Below, in pieces: positions 1 to 12,625 of a DNA stretch of 64,000 bases. The position numbers and the translations under genes are program-made. Source of the stretch: Lama glama. Taxonomy: Eukaryota. The stretch covers positions 9,796,001-9,860,000 of the forward strand of contig CM052823.1 of assembly GCA_028534125.1 (NCBI GenBank), written 5' to 3'. The notes under the pieces were generated by a model that saw only the letters and a list, made by a program, of their open reading frames with translations, made no database searches and had not been told where the DNA came from. Each line of letters opens with the position of its first letter. Positions within the stretch are counted from its first letter, which is position 1.

Positions 1-481
1 AGGCCCTCGAGGGTGCACAGCCCCGGACCCAGCATCTGCATCTTTAGAACTACAGTGGTGCCCCTCTGTGCTTGTGCAAGGTGGTGGCCCTGAGAGGTGG
101 CATTTTATGGAGACTGGAGAAAGCGCGGCTGCCTGGCTTTTTCGAAAGAATCGTATTAAATTATTAGGCAATTTACAGAGACAGCAAAATAGGGTGGTCA
201 CCCTGGAGCGTGGACCTAGGCGTGGAGCAGGCGGGAGAGGCCCTTGCCTCCTACTTGTTTTGGGAGTGGCTTCATCCTCCACGCACCAGCCACCCAGCAC
301 GACTCCCCTGGCCTGAGCGCAGACAGCACCCTAAAATTGCATCTGAACATCTCTCTCCAGAGAACTGGGGTGGCCAAAAGTGACCGAAAGGTCTGATGAA
401 GGTTTTCTCTTGGCTCTGACAAAAGGCGAGAGCAGGATGTGGAACGAGGGGTCAGACAGCCTGGAAGAAAAGGGCACTTAC

Positions 482-535
482 TTCATGATCAGAATGTAAA
501 ACACGTACAAGATGATGAGCACCAGGCCTTCCCAC
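482..535 (-). CDS. SLC24A4: SLC24A4 coding exon (exon 9), 54 nt, (W)WEGLVLIILYVFYILIM(K)
   Basis: Acceptor ctttctctccttgag|, donor GAA|gtaagt. Matches recalled NCKX4 TM5 WEGLVLIILYVFYILIMK. The gene continues beyond position 1. Confidence 0.96.
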
Positions 536-1544
536 CTCAAGGAGAGAAAGGAGACTGGTTAGAGCCAGGGAGGCCTGTGGCGCTGCAGCCATGGCGGGAT
601 GTCCTGCTACGTCCCCTGACCCAGCGCCCAGCCCAGGCCCCCACCCCCAGCCGTCCTGCAGCCCGAAGCCCGCTTGGTAACGAGAGAGAAGGCTGAGGGT
701 GGATCCTTCTCAACTACAGGGAGCCTGTAGGACTTGGGAGGAGTTTCCCTGGCTACCTAGAAAAAGGAGGGGCCAGGGTCACCTCATCCCAGATTCAAGG
801 AAGGGAGTGGCCTGGAGTCAGGCAGATTTGATCCTAAGAGGCCCTTTGGTTACATGGGATTCTGGCCATGGACCAGAGAAACTGTGTGTGCAGGTGGGAA
901 GGGGGCCCTAAGAACTGCCTGATGAGACAGGCCGGGCCCAGGAGCCTCCTGGGCTGAATGTGGGGGTGCGGCAGGGTAGGGCAGGGGCCTTTCTGGGCTG
1001 CGCTGACTACCCTCCTGCAGATGCAGCATCAAACCCCACACGTGGTGGGATTTTTCTTTTTTACCCCAGCTCAGAACATAAGACTTTGGGGAGTCCTAAT
1101 TTTAGCATGGCTTAATTTGTTTGGTCATCTGACAAATGTGTACTGAAGACCTACTATGTGCCTGGCATGAGCTACAGTCGTTTTGGGGGGCTCTCCTCTG
1201 CTGACAGAGCTCGTGGCCCAGCAGAGCCGCAAAGAGAGTTGTAGATGATCTGATCCTGCCATCTCCCCAAAACTCCATCTACAGATGAGGAAAAGAAGCC
1301 CCAGAGTGGAGAGGCTTTCTGACTAACATGGGGGGTCAGGACCCAGAGCCAGGTCACTCTGGGTCCCCAGCACACAGCACTCACATCAGGCCTTCCTAAA
1401 TATATGCCCACAAATAATCACATACATGATGCAGACCTGAATCACTGCCAATGAAGAGAACATCTTCATGGCTCGTGAATGTAAGACACACTTATGCCCT
1501 CTAAGTTAGGGTGGAAGTATCAACCTTGTCTTTAGAAATCTGTG

Positions 1545-1930
1545 TTTTATGTAGCTTAAGCAATCATCTCCTCCCTCAAAGTCATAAGGATGAGTCCCTG
1601 TATTTTATTCTTAACTATTTTAGTTTTGCTTTTTATAGCAAGATCTTTAATTCATCTGGAACTTAGTCTTGTATAAGGTGTGAGGGAGGGATCTGATGTT
1701 ACTTTATTCTGTATCGATTCCTAGTTGTCCCAGCAGCATCTGAGACCCCCTTCCTGACTCACTGCCCTGTCATGATGCCTTCCATGTCCCCCAGCCCAGA
1801 ACTGGGCCCATTACTGGGCCCTTGGTTCCATATCCACAGTGGCCTCTGCTTATCCCTGGGCAAAACACCACACTGTCTTCATTATTTTAGCTTTAGAATA
1901 TATCCTGATATCTGGCAGGGCAAGACTATT
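1545..1930 (-). mobile_element. Old L1M ORF2/3' fragment
   Basis: tctttaattcatctggaactta…gtataaggtgtgagg…ccacactgtcttcattattttagcttta. Confidence 0.65.
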
Positions 1931-2123
1931 AAGAGAAACAATCTTTGCCACTTTGAAAGGATAAACAAAGGCATAATTGTTTAGAACGATACCCTTTTTA
2001 CTTTCACAAGTTCACAAGCTTATGTTTGTAAAAATAATTTTTAAAAAGCTTCAATGAACCCAACAAGCAAAGCAAGGATACTAACAAAAAAGGGACAACG
2101 AGAAACAAACTTTAAGAACTTAC

Positions 2124-2149
2124 CACACAATTTCCTCATCGTATATGAA
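2124..2149 (-). CDS. SLC24A4: SLC24A4 coding microexon (exon 8), 26 nt, FIYDEEIV(W)
   Basis: Acceptor tttgtttcttttgccttctag|, donor GTG|gtaagt. It is needed to keep the frame between the flanking exons and matches the recalled FIYDEQIVW. Confidence 0.95.
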
Positions 2150-2536
2150 CTAGAAGGCAAAAGAAACAAAGGGCGGGGGGACAGATTTATTCCAAAAGCA
2201 GAACCAACCCAGACCCTTAAGCACCTCAAGCCGACATATACTGGCTTGTTACGTGTTTCACAGAAAGCTGGGCTCCTGTCTCCATGTCTCAGTTTCTAAG
2301 TGTAAACGGTGACCTTTCCTTGGTGGAAGCCTCGGTCAGCACATGATGCAGTGTGAGGGCTGGGGTGGGGCTCCCGAGAGAAATGGCCTGTGCTTCATGA
2401 TAGTCCAAGTACCCACGGGGGCCAACTGGCGGGGGTCTGTCCTCATTAATGGAAGAGCTGCAGAAACCAAGGATCTTAAAAACTGAAAAGGCACCTGTCT
2501 CTGTATGTATGTAGATACATACATTTGTCTATCTAC

Positions 2537-2560
2537 ATCTGTCTGTCTGTCTGTCTGTCT
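2537..2560 (+). repeat. (TCTG)n microsatellite
   Basis: atctgtctgtctgtctgtctgtct. Confidence 0.9.
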
Positions 2561-3064
2561 ATTGTACCTATGTGTAGGGGTGGGGATGTGCAGGGAGGAA
2601 GGTGTGTTGTTTTTCTTAAAAATAGTAACGCTTTTGAAAACACTGAGGGTAAGGGACCCACTTGTACCATTTGAAGGGAGGCCAGGGGTGGTGGTGGTGA
2701 TGCCATGGCTTCCCAAGAGGGCGTCGACGTTGCCTAACAACCCTACCTCGCATCTCCCAAAGGGGACAAAGATGACAGGTGCTGCTGTGGTCCAGGGGAG
2801 GACCCCTGTGACTGCCCCAGCCAGGCCTGGTGTGCACTGGAAGGTGGAGGAGCTGTGCCCACCAATCTGATCTTGGAGACACCAAGGTCTCTACACAGGA
2901 TTGCAGGAGAGGCCAGGGGGCTGTTGTCTGACTTGGGCCCATTACACCCTGGCTGTCACGGCAGGTGTCACACATAGGATCTTGCTTTGGGAAGCCACTT
3001 CGGAGAGGGCCATCCTGGCCGGGCATCACTGTGAGGCTCCCCAAAATCCAGGCTCTGAGGAAGA

Positions 3065-3735
3065 GGCATTCAACAGAGGGAGCCTGGTGCCACCCCCTGG
3101 GGAACTTGGGGGACATTTGTGGGGATAGTTTCAGTTTTCATAACCCAATGGAGGGCTACTGGCATGCAGAGGAGGTGATGGCCAGGGGTGCTAGCCAGCC
3201 TAGAACATGTGAAATGGTTCTAACGGAGGAGTTTTTCTATATTTGTCATACACTTTAAATATCTCCTGCTAAATATTTAGGCAAGCAAAAAAAAAAAAAA
3301 GATCTGAGCCTCAAACTTAACTCCATTTTACAAATCAAAGTTTTTTCCCATGGTTTTAACAAATGCTTAATTTTCTAGTGAGTGAACTGTCACGCAAATT
3401 AAGAGACAACTGTACTCGGCTGTTTAAGATTTTATCAGGAGTCATTGATAATTTGGGGAAATGACATCAATGTGGGCACCACTCACGGGGTATATGTGCC
3501 AGCCCAGCACACCTCGGTCTGCGCTGGTAGTCGTTGGCCTCAGAGATTTTTCTATATGGGGACAACAGATGACATCATCCTGTGTTCTAACATCTTCGTG
3601 CCAAAACATTTACATACTGGAAGATCCATTCTTCTGTTATAAACTACTTTCATTTGTCCTTTATAGTACAGTCTATGTATTTTTTAACATTGTGTGTAGG
3701 TAAACTGTTTTATCTATAACTTCCATTTTTAGGGG
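3065..3735 (+). mobile_element. MER20B/Charlie-like hAT DNA transposon relic
   Basis: MER20-like 5' part (gctactggcat…ggccaggggtgcta) followed by an AT-rich Charlie-like body. Confidence 0.5.
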
Positions 3736-4191
3736 CGTGGTGAGTGCTCTCAGATGCCCCAGCGAGCCCCTAGCCTGATGTTCATGCTCCGCTTGTGTAT
3801 GTGGCCTGGACTTGGGGATCTGCTCCTAACAGAATACGGCAAAAGTGCTGGGTTGTCACTTCCGAGATTTGGTCACAAACAGACCATGGCTTCCATCTCG
3901 GTGCCTCCTCACTCTCGGTTGGAGGGAAACCAGTTGTCATTCTGAGAGCTGCACCTTGGAACAGCCTGAGGCCTGCCCGCAGCTGCGCAAGGGGTCCTGA
4001 AAGCAGGTCCTCATGCAGGGAGCCCAGAGATAACTAAATCTGGATGACACCTGTGAGAGACCCGAGCCAGAGGGCTCAGTGAAGCCACTCCCAGATTTTG
4101 ATCCATAGAAAATGACAGCAATGAATGTTTGCTGTTTTAAGCTGCTGAGTGTTAAAGGAAAGTTGTTACACAGCAGCAGATAACTAATACA
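3736..4191 (+). mobile_element. MaLR solo LTR (MLT1E/F-like)
   Basis: 3' end tgctgttttaagctgctgagt…cagcagcagataactaataca. 5-bp TSD agggg/agggt. Confidence 0.8.
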
Positions 4192-4917
4192 AGGGTCGTG
4201 ACTCTCATCCCCAGTTGGTTCTAGATCTTGTAAGGTTGAGAACTGTCACTCTAGGGACTGTCCATATCCTAGAATGTGGGGATGCCACTTGCATCTGCCC
4301 TCACTGAATACGACCTGCCCTCACGCCACCACTTTAGAGCTCCTTTTGGATGGAAACCACTTCCCTGTGGATGACATGGTCCTCGGCAGTAACGTGTCAC
4401 GGGCTTCACTGCTGTCACTGTCATGTGCCATGAGGTCCCCCCAGCACTCTGAGGGGCCACAGGGATAATACCCCCCACACACTAACGGGCCCCAGGGATC
4501 CCTGGTTTGGCTCCTCTTCTGCCCCCAGCCTTGCTCCCAGCTGGCCTGACTGCTCCCCAGTGGGCTGGGAAACCACAAACTCTGCTCCTAGCGAACAGGC
4601 TCTGAGTGAGGCTCTGAAGGGCCTCTGATGAGCACGTGTTTGAACCTAAATGCATGAGGCGCATGACGCCTGCTTTAGTTTTTCCAAGGCCTTTTTGCCC
4701 TGAAGGTGGTCCCTGGATGCACTCAATAACCAAAGCGTCAGGTGTGAGGTTTTTGGGAAAGGGGGGCACTGTGGCAGGGGATTGGTCAGTGTGACTGCAG
4801 TCAGTGGCCAGCACACCCCAGGGTGGGGATGCCGTGGGTTCTCTGGTTACAGTGCCAGGGACAGGGGTGGGCAGGGGCCCGGTGCCTTCACAGGGGAGGG
4901 GGAAGGGGGTAACTCAC

Positions 4918-4992
4918 GGCAATGAGCACGATGACAGAGAGGGTGTAGTACACGGAGTCTCGGCACACGGCCCACCATGTCAGACGGACCAC
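4918..4992 (-). CDS. SLC24A4: SLC24A4 coding exon (exon 7), 75 nt, VVRLTWWAVCRDSVYYTLSVIVLIA
   Basis: Acceptor ctttgctcggcag|, donor GCC|gtgagt. Matches the NCKX LTWW..RDS motif and is in frame. Confidence 0.97.
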
Positions 4993-5808
4993 CTGCCGAG
5001 CAAAGGGCCTTCAGTGTTTATTGGCCTGGGAGATGGAGAGCAGGGCAGGGGGACATAGCTGGGGGGCTCCCACCACCTCCAAACCCTGCAGGTGCAGAGA
5101 CATGCCCATGGAGCTCATTGTAACTGCGCCATCAGATCCCCACCTTGCCTGGCTGCCCAAGGCCACCCTGTCCTTTTCATTATAACAGAACAACATGCAT
5201 AAGTGATGGCAAAGCTGCCCCCTGCTTCTCCACGGTGACCACGTGGCATGTTTCCCAGCAGAAGCCAGGTATCAAAGGGAGGCCAGATGTACTCACTCTC
5301 CGCCACCCACGCTGGAACCTTCTAGGGGTGACTGGATGCTGTACCTCTACCTCCCTTGGCCAGACAAAGCCTACCCATGACCTTGCCTCTCTGAGGTCAA
5401 GTCTAATGTCCCCCTGTGGCTCTGAGGACCAGGAATATGCGATGGGGTATCAGCAACAAGCCAGCTTCATGGGGAAGTTCCCTGCGGGGAGGCCCTAGGC
5501 AGGCCCTGATTATTTCTAGAGTCTAGCTCAGGGTCAAGGTTACAGGAGGCTCCTCTTAAACATTTACACTGTTTAATGAATGCTCCCCCTCGGACTGGCA
5601 GGCAGCTGATACACTTCCTGCTCTCAGAGGCCCCCCAAGTGCCAGGGGTGGAGGGAACGTTGGGCACCACTGTTACACATGAGGAAACGGGCTCAGAGGG
5701 AAAGCCACGGCTCAAAGCCACAGGGAGTTACGGGCAAGGCCAAGGCTGGGCCTTGGGTCTCCCCACCCTGTCCCTGTGTCATTTCATAAGGAGAGAGAAA
5801 CCACTGAC

Positions 5809-5912
5809 CTGCCCTGCAAATAACCCACAAACGCCAATGATACACAGGATATTGAACACAGCAGAGCCCACGATGGTCCCAACCCCGACATCTCCGTGGG
5901 TGATGAACACAC
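5809..5912 (-). CDS. SLC24A4: SLC24A4 coding exon (exon 6), 104 nt, (G)VFITHGDVGVGTIVGSAVFNILCIIGVCGLFAGQ
   Basis: Acceptor tttctctttccag|, donor CAG|gtcagt. Second half of the alpha-1 repeat, GTIVGSAVFNIL. Confidence 0.98.
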
Positions 5913-6185
5913 CTGGAAAGAGAAAGGCACAAATCGTCACCGGCAAAGCCCAGGCCTGCCTGGCTGGCTCTAAGCCTGTGCCCCTCACCCATGAACAGAG
6001 GGAATTTATTCTTACCATCAGAAAACACCTACGATGTTGGTGAGAATGGCAAAACCAGAGGTGGAAGTGCCCCCAGGGATCGGCTACTCCAATCTCCCCC
6101 CCCCTTTTTTTTAAACAGCTTTATCTATCTATCTGTCAGTCAGTCTGTCTGTCTATTTATTCAGGGGTTTGGCTTCTTTCACTCC

Positions 6186-6410
6186 ATTTTTTAAAACAGC
6201 CTTATTGAGATGTAATTTACATGCCATAAAGTTCACCCAGTTAAAATATCAATTCAGCGTTTTTTGGTATAGTCACAGAACTGTACAATGCTCACCACAA
6301 TCTAGTTTTAGAATGTTTTCATCACCCCAAAAGGAAATCCATACCTGTTAGTACCTCACTCCACCCCACGCCCCAGGGAACCACTAATTCACTTTCTATC
6401 TCTCCATTTC
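6186..6410 (-). mobile_element. L1M 3' end fragment
   Basis: cagccttattgagatgtaatttacatgccataaagttcaccc…aaccactaattcactttct. Confidence 0.75.
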
Positions 6411-6478
6411 TACCATTTTACAGATGAGAAAACTGAGGCTCAGAGCTGACAAATGCCCTCACTGGTGGGATTTCATAC

Positions 6479-6563
6479 CAATAACAGAGGCAAACAGTTC
6501 CGGCGTCGAGCTTCCTGCAGCCATGAAGGTGGCTCCAGCCACATCTTCACTGAGATGGAGTTT
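6479..6563 (-). CDS. SLC24A4: SLC24A4 coding exon (exon 5), 85 nt, [28 protein letters not shown](G)
   Basis: Acceptor ttctgtttcag|, donor TTG|gtatga. Alpha-1 repeat motif [10 protein letters not shown](T)PE. Translated by hand because it is not in the ORF track. Confidence 0.98.
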
Positions 6564-9039
6564 CTGAAACAGAAGTGACCGCAGCCCCTCAGGCTCTGAC
6601 GTAGGGGCGGTGGACACACGAGCTGGACACTCGGCAGCCAGGAAGAGGGTGGGGGAACAGCACCATGGCCAGAGCCAGGCTCCTCAGCTGGCAGCCTCCC
6701 CTCCCTGCACTTTGAGCGCATGCCCTCCTCCACTCTGCCGGACACCAACCCAGAATCCCATCTTCTCTCCTCATAGGTTAACTTCTGTTCATTCTCTGAG
6801 CTTTTAAACAATGTCTCCTTGATAAAGCCTTTCTAGGCGGCCACCCTGAGCCAGGTGCTGCCCTGGGACAGGCACAGTGTTTGGTCCTCCACTGCTGAAA
6901 CACAAACCACACAGTGAGGGTCTGAGGTCCATTCACTTGCCCTCCTTGCTGGATGACGAGGGCAGGTTTGGTCTTTTTCATCTTTGGATCCCCAGTGCTT
7001 AGAACAGGGCCTGGTGCTCAGTGAGAATTCCACCAGTCTAGAGCCCATCACATCTGGTGCCCACACAGACCTTGGGTACCATGCCGACCTCCACATGTCA
7101 GGGTTGTGGGACCCAGAGGCCTTGGGGGACACACAGCCCGCCTCCTGCACCCAGAAGGCCTTCTCAGTGGCAGGGCTGATACCTGGCTGCTCACTGAGAC
7201 AGAGGCCCATCCTCTGATCTGGAATGTGGTGCTGGAAGCTTTGAATTCTTGGGGAAACCATGGAGATTCTGGGTCCGCCTGAATGCCAATTTGAAGGTAC
7301 CCACCTGCAGGTCTCAGAAGGCCTCTGGGCAGGCTGGCTGAGGGTAGGGCTCAGCCTCCTCCAGCCCCCATCCCGCCTCCCAAAGTACGTCGGGCACTTT
7401 GGAATCCCCGGGCCAGCACAACCTCCCCATAGAGCTTACTACAGAAGGGTTGGAGCTCAGGGCTTGATGGAAAATGGGGGCACAACACTGACCCCCAGAC
7501 AGAAGCCTGGCCGCCTGACCCTGCCAAAGAGGTATCATGGAAGAGGTTCAGCTATCAAAGTACATCCAATAGCTTCCTGCAGAATCCAAACCATGCTACA
7601 TCCTGTCCTGCCTTCCCCCTGCCTTTGTCATTTCTTCCCTCTGGAATGCCCTTCCCCTTCTGCTCTGCCTGTGGAAATCCTTCTCACTTCCAACACCTGG
7701 ACCAAATGTCATCTCCTCCAGGAAATGTTCCTGGGTTTCCCTTCAAAAGAACCTCTTCCCTCCTCCTTTAGGCTTCTGAGCCCTTGGATAGCTCCCCCAG
7801 AGCCCCTTCCATCCATCTTGCCAGGATCATCACCCTCACCCACCTCTGTATTTTTAGGGAGGCAGGCAACCCTGCAGGGCACCTCCACTGTATGTGGTCT
7901 TGTGCCTTCAGTCACCCATTTCCCATGGGTTTCTGTCAACCCGAGGTGGGGAGGGGTCCCAACTCTGCGGCCGTGACATCCAAGCTCTTACAATGATGGG
8001 TGCCTGGGGTGCACATTCCGTAAGGACCAGCTGACTGTTTTCCCCCAGGGCTTCCTCTGAAGTAGCGACAGGCTGCCAGCTGCCTGTAGCAACCGCTTTA
8101 CCCTCAGCCCGCCACTCCGGGGACCCGCCCCTGGGCTGAGCCTCCTGCCCTGACACCCCAGCAGTCATTTCCTGATTCTGTTCCTTATGCTCTTTCTCTG
8201 GCTCATTTCTCTCTCTGACAAGTGTCTTGATGGTGGTAAGCACATGTCTCGATCTGGGTGGGGGGAAGGGTGGGGACAGGGGCGGGCAGGGGAGGGAAAG
8301 GCCTTTGCACACTTTGGCCAGATCATTCACTATTTAGAAGACCCAGGTCAAAAGCAGCCAGTCCTGCTGTGTGCTCAGCAGGCGACAAAGCAGTGGGGAA
8401 GCGCTGATTCCCAACAATCTGTGTCCCCAGCTGCAAACGTCCCAACAGCAACATGTCCTCAGACAGCTGGGAGACTGCATGCAGATGAAGTGTGCTGACG
8501 CCCAGCGCAGCCTGCCCACAGCAGGTGCTGAAAACAGAGGTCGTTTTCCTTCCTTGGCCAGAAGCCAAGAGTCAGAGTAAAAGATCGGAGTCTTGTACAC
8601 GAGAAAGAAGTGAAAAATTGACAGAATAATTAAAAGGAGAAAATGTCAGGCTGCAAAGGTTAGGATGGAGCGTCTTCCCTGCAGGTGCAGCTTGGCACCC
8701 TCCCTGGGGACACAGAGCCCCACCTGGTACCTGCCCCCTGCACCTGGTTTGGGCAAACGCTCCCTAACTAACCAGGTTTGACTCAACTACCCGTGCCGGC
8801 ATTAAAGCCAGAGGCCGTGGGTAATGATTTCTCGTGGGGAGCCTTTTCTTCTGCCAAGCTCTGGGACAGGACGCCACCCCTCTAACTCTAATTTGGGGGG
8901 TTTGGAGCGAGGCTTTGCCATGAGCATGGCAAGCGCTTGGGCTGACAACCTTCACCTGTAGGGTGCTCCCCACTCCAGCCCCTTCTGGCCTGGTACTGAC
9001 GTGCCACATGTTGTTCATCCCCAGGCCCCTCTCACGTAC

Positions 9040-9114
9040 CTCGCAGATCTTCTCTAGAGATGGAACAAAGAAGTCATCACATACTATGGCCAAGGCGTAG
9101 AACATGTACAGAGC
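9040..9114 (-). CDS. SLC24A4: SLC24A4 coding exon (exon 4), 75 nt, ALYMFYALAIVCDDFFVPSLEKICE
   Basis: Acceptor ttccttcacag|, donor GAG|gtacgt. Contains the NCKX TM1 signature ALAIVCDDFFVPSL. Confidence 0.98.
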
Positions 9115-9844
9115 CTGTGAAGGAAACGGGAGACAGCGTCAGCCTGCACACCTGCCACCGCCGGGCACGGCCAGGCACCCATCACGCGCCAAACCAGCCC
9201 GCTCAGGCAGAGGCCAGGTGAAGGGACGGAGGCACAGAAGAAAATTCCAGCACCATTGAGATGTGCTTTCTCAATTCCCCCCAGACAGATGGGGAAACTG
9301 AGGCCCTAACAAGAGAAATAACTTGCTGAGCAGCAGAGGGGACAAAAACTCGGGCCTGTGTCCCTTCCTCTCTTCTTAAAGAAGCAGCTCTCTCTCCAGC
9401 ACCAGGGTTATACCCTCAAAAGGCAAGATCCTAACCTTATGGGCCAAGACGAAAGCATCTGAAATCACCATTTTAAGAGTTTAAAATAATCATCCTCCTG
9501 GTTTCCCCTCTTTAGTTTTAGCAAAGGCATCACTTCCTTGTCATCAACGGCCCACCCCCTGCCAAAACAGACGGCCACTTGAGACCCAGCATTTCCTGCG
9601 ACACTACTTGATGTTGGCCCAGGTTATAACACACAAGCCATTTACACTGGGAGGCTCATAGACAGAGTTCAGATTCCAGGGCTGATCCTGGGAATTACCT
9701 GCCTTGTGACTTTGGATAAGTCACGTCTCCAGGTCTTAGTTTCCTCATCTGTTTGATGACAGAGTAGGAACAGATCAGTGGTTTTTAGATGGTTTTCCTA
9801 CAGAACCCCTCCCTGACCTGTGTACCCAAGACAGCTTTACTGAG

Positions 9845-10080
9845 CTGGTCTTATGTGCCAGGTACTGTTCTAGCCATTAGGGGTATGTGGTGACGATGCC
9901 AGGAAAAGCTTCTGCCTCTTATAACTTACCTTAAGGCAAATAAAGTATAACTCCCAGGAAACAGTAAGTGCAAAGGTCCTGAGGCAGGGGCCTGTTTGAT
10001 GAATCTGAGGAACAGTAAGGTCACTGGTGCCGGTAGAACAGAGTGAGAATAAGGTAGAAAATGGAGAACGTGAGGTTGGA
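9845..10080. mobile_element. L2 fragment
   Basis: tatgtgccaggtactgttcta…gtgcaaaggtcctgaggcagg…tgaggaacagtaagg. Confidence 0.6.
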
Positions 10081-10869
10081 GGGAGAGGCAAGGACCAGGA
10101 CCCGCAGAAAGGAGATGGGATTTTACCACTGGGGGGAAGCCATTTCCTTCTTCAAAGAAAAAGTGATGTAAATGCCCTGTTCGCAAAAGAGGGAAAGGCT
10201 GGGCTGCTTCAGCTAAAACAGTGTGATGTTCTGACAACTGAACATTAATCGTGATTAAATAAAGTGGAAGATCTATCAGCTGTGACCAAAGCATCCAAGG
10301 CAGACGTCTACTGAAGTCCAGGCGTGGCTGTCCTTGGATATGATTCATTATCTTTTGGGGGGAAGCAAAGAGACACAAATACTGAGGGTGTGGGTTCCTG
10401 CAAAATTCCTGAGGTCCTCTCAGGTTCAGGAAAAAAGGCTTTGTCATAGCAACGCCAAGACTTTCATGAGGCAGGGGGACAGAACTGCGGGACTAATTTG
10501 CCAAACCCACACCCCCTTAGTGAAAGGGGAAGGCATGGGAAACCCAGAGACACTGGGAAGATAATAATTATTACAGAAATAATACACAGGCCTGTCACTC
10601 AAAATCTGCCTAAACCTTCATTCTCACTAATGGCTTACCCTATTAAATAAAACGTCACTCATTCATTATTCTCCAGCGGCTACCACCTATGAGAATCCCA
10701 GCCTTCACTTGCTCAATTGTCTCTCGCAAAGACTGATACTTGGTTGGGTTTAAATACGTAAGTGGGTGGTGCTGGGTGGTTGGGGAACCTGATCAGGAGG
10801 AACATGTGCTATGGTTGATCCAACACAGAAAAGCAAACCCTGGACACCTTTATTTCCCCGCACCAGACA

Positions 10870-11076
10870 ACAGGGCTGGCAAACTTTTTCTACAAAGGAA
10901 CAGACGGTAAATTTTTGTGGCTTTGTGGACCACGGAGTCTCCATCACTACTACTCAGCTCTGCCACTGAGGCACAAAAATAGCCACAGATGCTGTAGAAA
11001 TGCATGAGAATGGCTGTGTTTTGATAAAACTTTATTTACAAGCACAGGCAGTGGCTGCAGGCTCTAGTTTGCCTAC
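10870..11076. mobile_element. MER58A-like hAT MITE
   Basis: cagggctggcaaactttttct…ctactcagctctgccac…ataaaactttatttaca…tagtttgcc. Confidence 0.8.
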
Positions 11077-11600
11077 AGAGAAAAGTGACTTTGACCTGTA
11101 GTTTAGGCTGGAGCCCAGTACGCCTTCTCGAATTGCTATCTGAACTCTACCACGGGTCATCAGGGCTCATCTAACACTGAGGGAAGTTTGGGAAGAAGCA
11201 AGTGCAGTTATGTCAAGGTGGTAAAATGGGTGTAAGGTCATGCTAGTAAGCAGGGATGGAGCACTTATCCTGTGCCACGCGATGTCCGATGGACTTGACC
11301 CACATTCACTCATCTTTACCCGTCTGGGAAAGATGCCGTCACACCTATTTTATAAAAGCAGTAAAGGAGGCACAAGAAGACTTGAATCCTTGACTTGGTT
11401 CTGGGGCCACTCGCTGTGTAACACTGAGCAAGTCACTTCATATTCTTAAGACTTCATTTCTTTGTGGTTAAAATGCATCCAGAATCTGTTCTCACAGAGC
11501 TCCTACAAGGCCTGGACAGGACCTTTGACATGCTGTGCTCTGAAGACAGGCTTTCCCTGCCAACAGTTGAGGGACTTTTGACCCCAAGAGGACCACTTAC

Positions 11601-11677
11601 ACCGAGGATGTGCAGCAGGACGGCTCCGTGCTGTCGCTCCTGATTGGAGAACAGGTCTGCGGGGAACTCGTGAATGG
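11601..11677 (-). CDS. SLC24A4: SLC24A4/NCKX4 coding exon (exon 3 by human numbering), 77 nt, (A)IHEFPADLFSNQERQHGAVLLHILG
   Basis: Acceptor tcttatctttcag|, donor GGT|gtaagt. Translation matches the recalled NCKX4 sequence AIHEFPTDLFSNKERQHGAVLLHILG, and the phase joins the next exon. Confidence 0.97.
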
Positions 11678-11914
11678 CTGAAAGATAAGAGGACACGGCA
11701 GGGTGTTAGTTACCCACGAGCATCACTTGAGACCTAGGGGTCAGACAGGGAACTGTGGAGCCCCTCCGTGTTAGACTGCCCTGGGAGGAGGCCAGCTGCT
11801 TCTCCTCAGTCCAGGGCAGACCTGCACTCTTAGGAAAAACATTGCTGAATGCAATGTTTATCCAGAGAGTCTAATACCTTAAAGTTGATTGTGTTTTGCA
11901 TATTCCTTGCAATT

Positions 11915-12625
11915 AAAAAAAATGAAACACTTCATACCCACTAGGATGTTATAAACAAAAAAAACAAGTAAGTGTTGACAAGGACGTGGAAATACTGGAA
12001 CCCTCATACATGACTAGAGGGAATGCAAAATGGTGCAGTCACATTGGAAAACACTCTGGCAGTTCCTCAAAAGGTTAAACATGGAGTTACCATATGACCC
12101 AGCAATTCCAGTCCCAAGTACCCACCCAAGAGAAACGAAAACATACGTCCACACAAAACCTGGACACGAATGTCCATAGTAGTAATATTCATAAAAAACT
12201 AAGATGTGGAAACCCAAACATTACCAACTGATGAATGGATAAATAAAACATGATATAGCCATACAAATGGAATATTATTTGGCAATAGAAAGAGGTGAAG
12301 TACTGATACATGTTACAATGTACACGGAGCTTGAAAACATTTTGCTCAGTGAAAGCAGCCCATCACAAAAGACCACATGTTGTGATTCCATTAATACAAA
12401 ATGTTAAGAACAGGCAAATCTATTGAGGAGGAGGTAGATCAGCGGTTACCTACGGCTGGAAGATATGGGGGATGACAGCTGAGAGGTACCAGGTTTCTTT
12501 CTGGGGTAATGAAAAAGTTTAAAATCATGGCGATGCTTGTACAATTCTGAATATATTAAGAGCCATTGAATTGTATACTTTAAATAGGTGAATTACATCC
12601 CAATAAAGTTGTTACCAAAAAAAAG
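11915..12625 (+). mobile_element. L1M (L1MB/MC-like) 3' region
   Basis: cacttcatacccactaggat…catatgacccagcaattcca…caataaagttgttaccaaaaaaaa. Confidence 0.85.

Noticed and set aside
7260-7976. 238-aa ORF antisense in intron 4
   Set aside because: Pro/Ser/Leu-rich composition typical of GC-rich non-coding DNA, overlaps an L2-like fragment, and has no recognisable domain.
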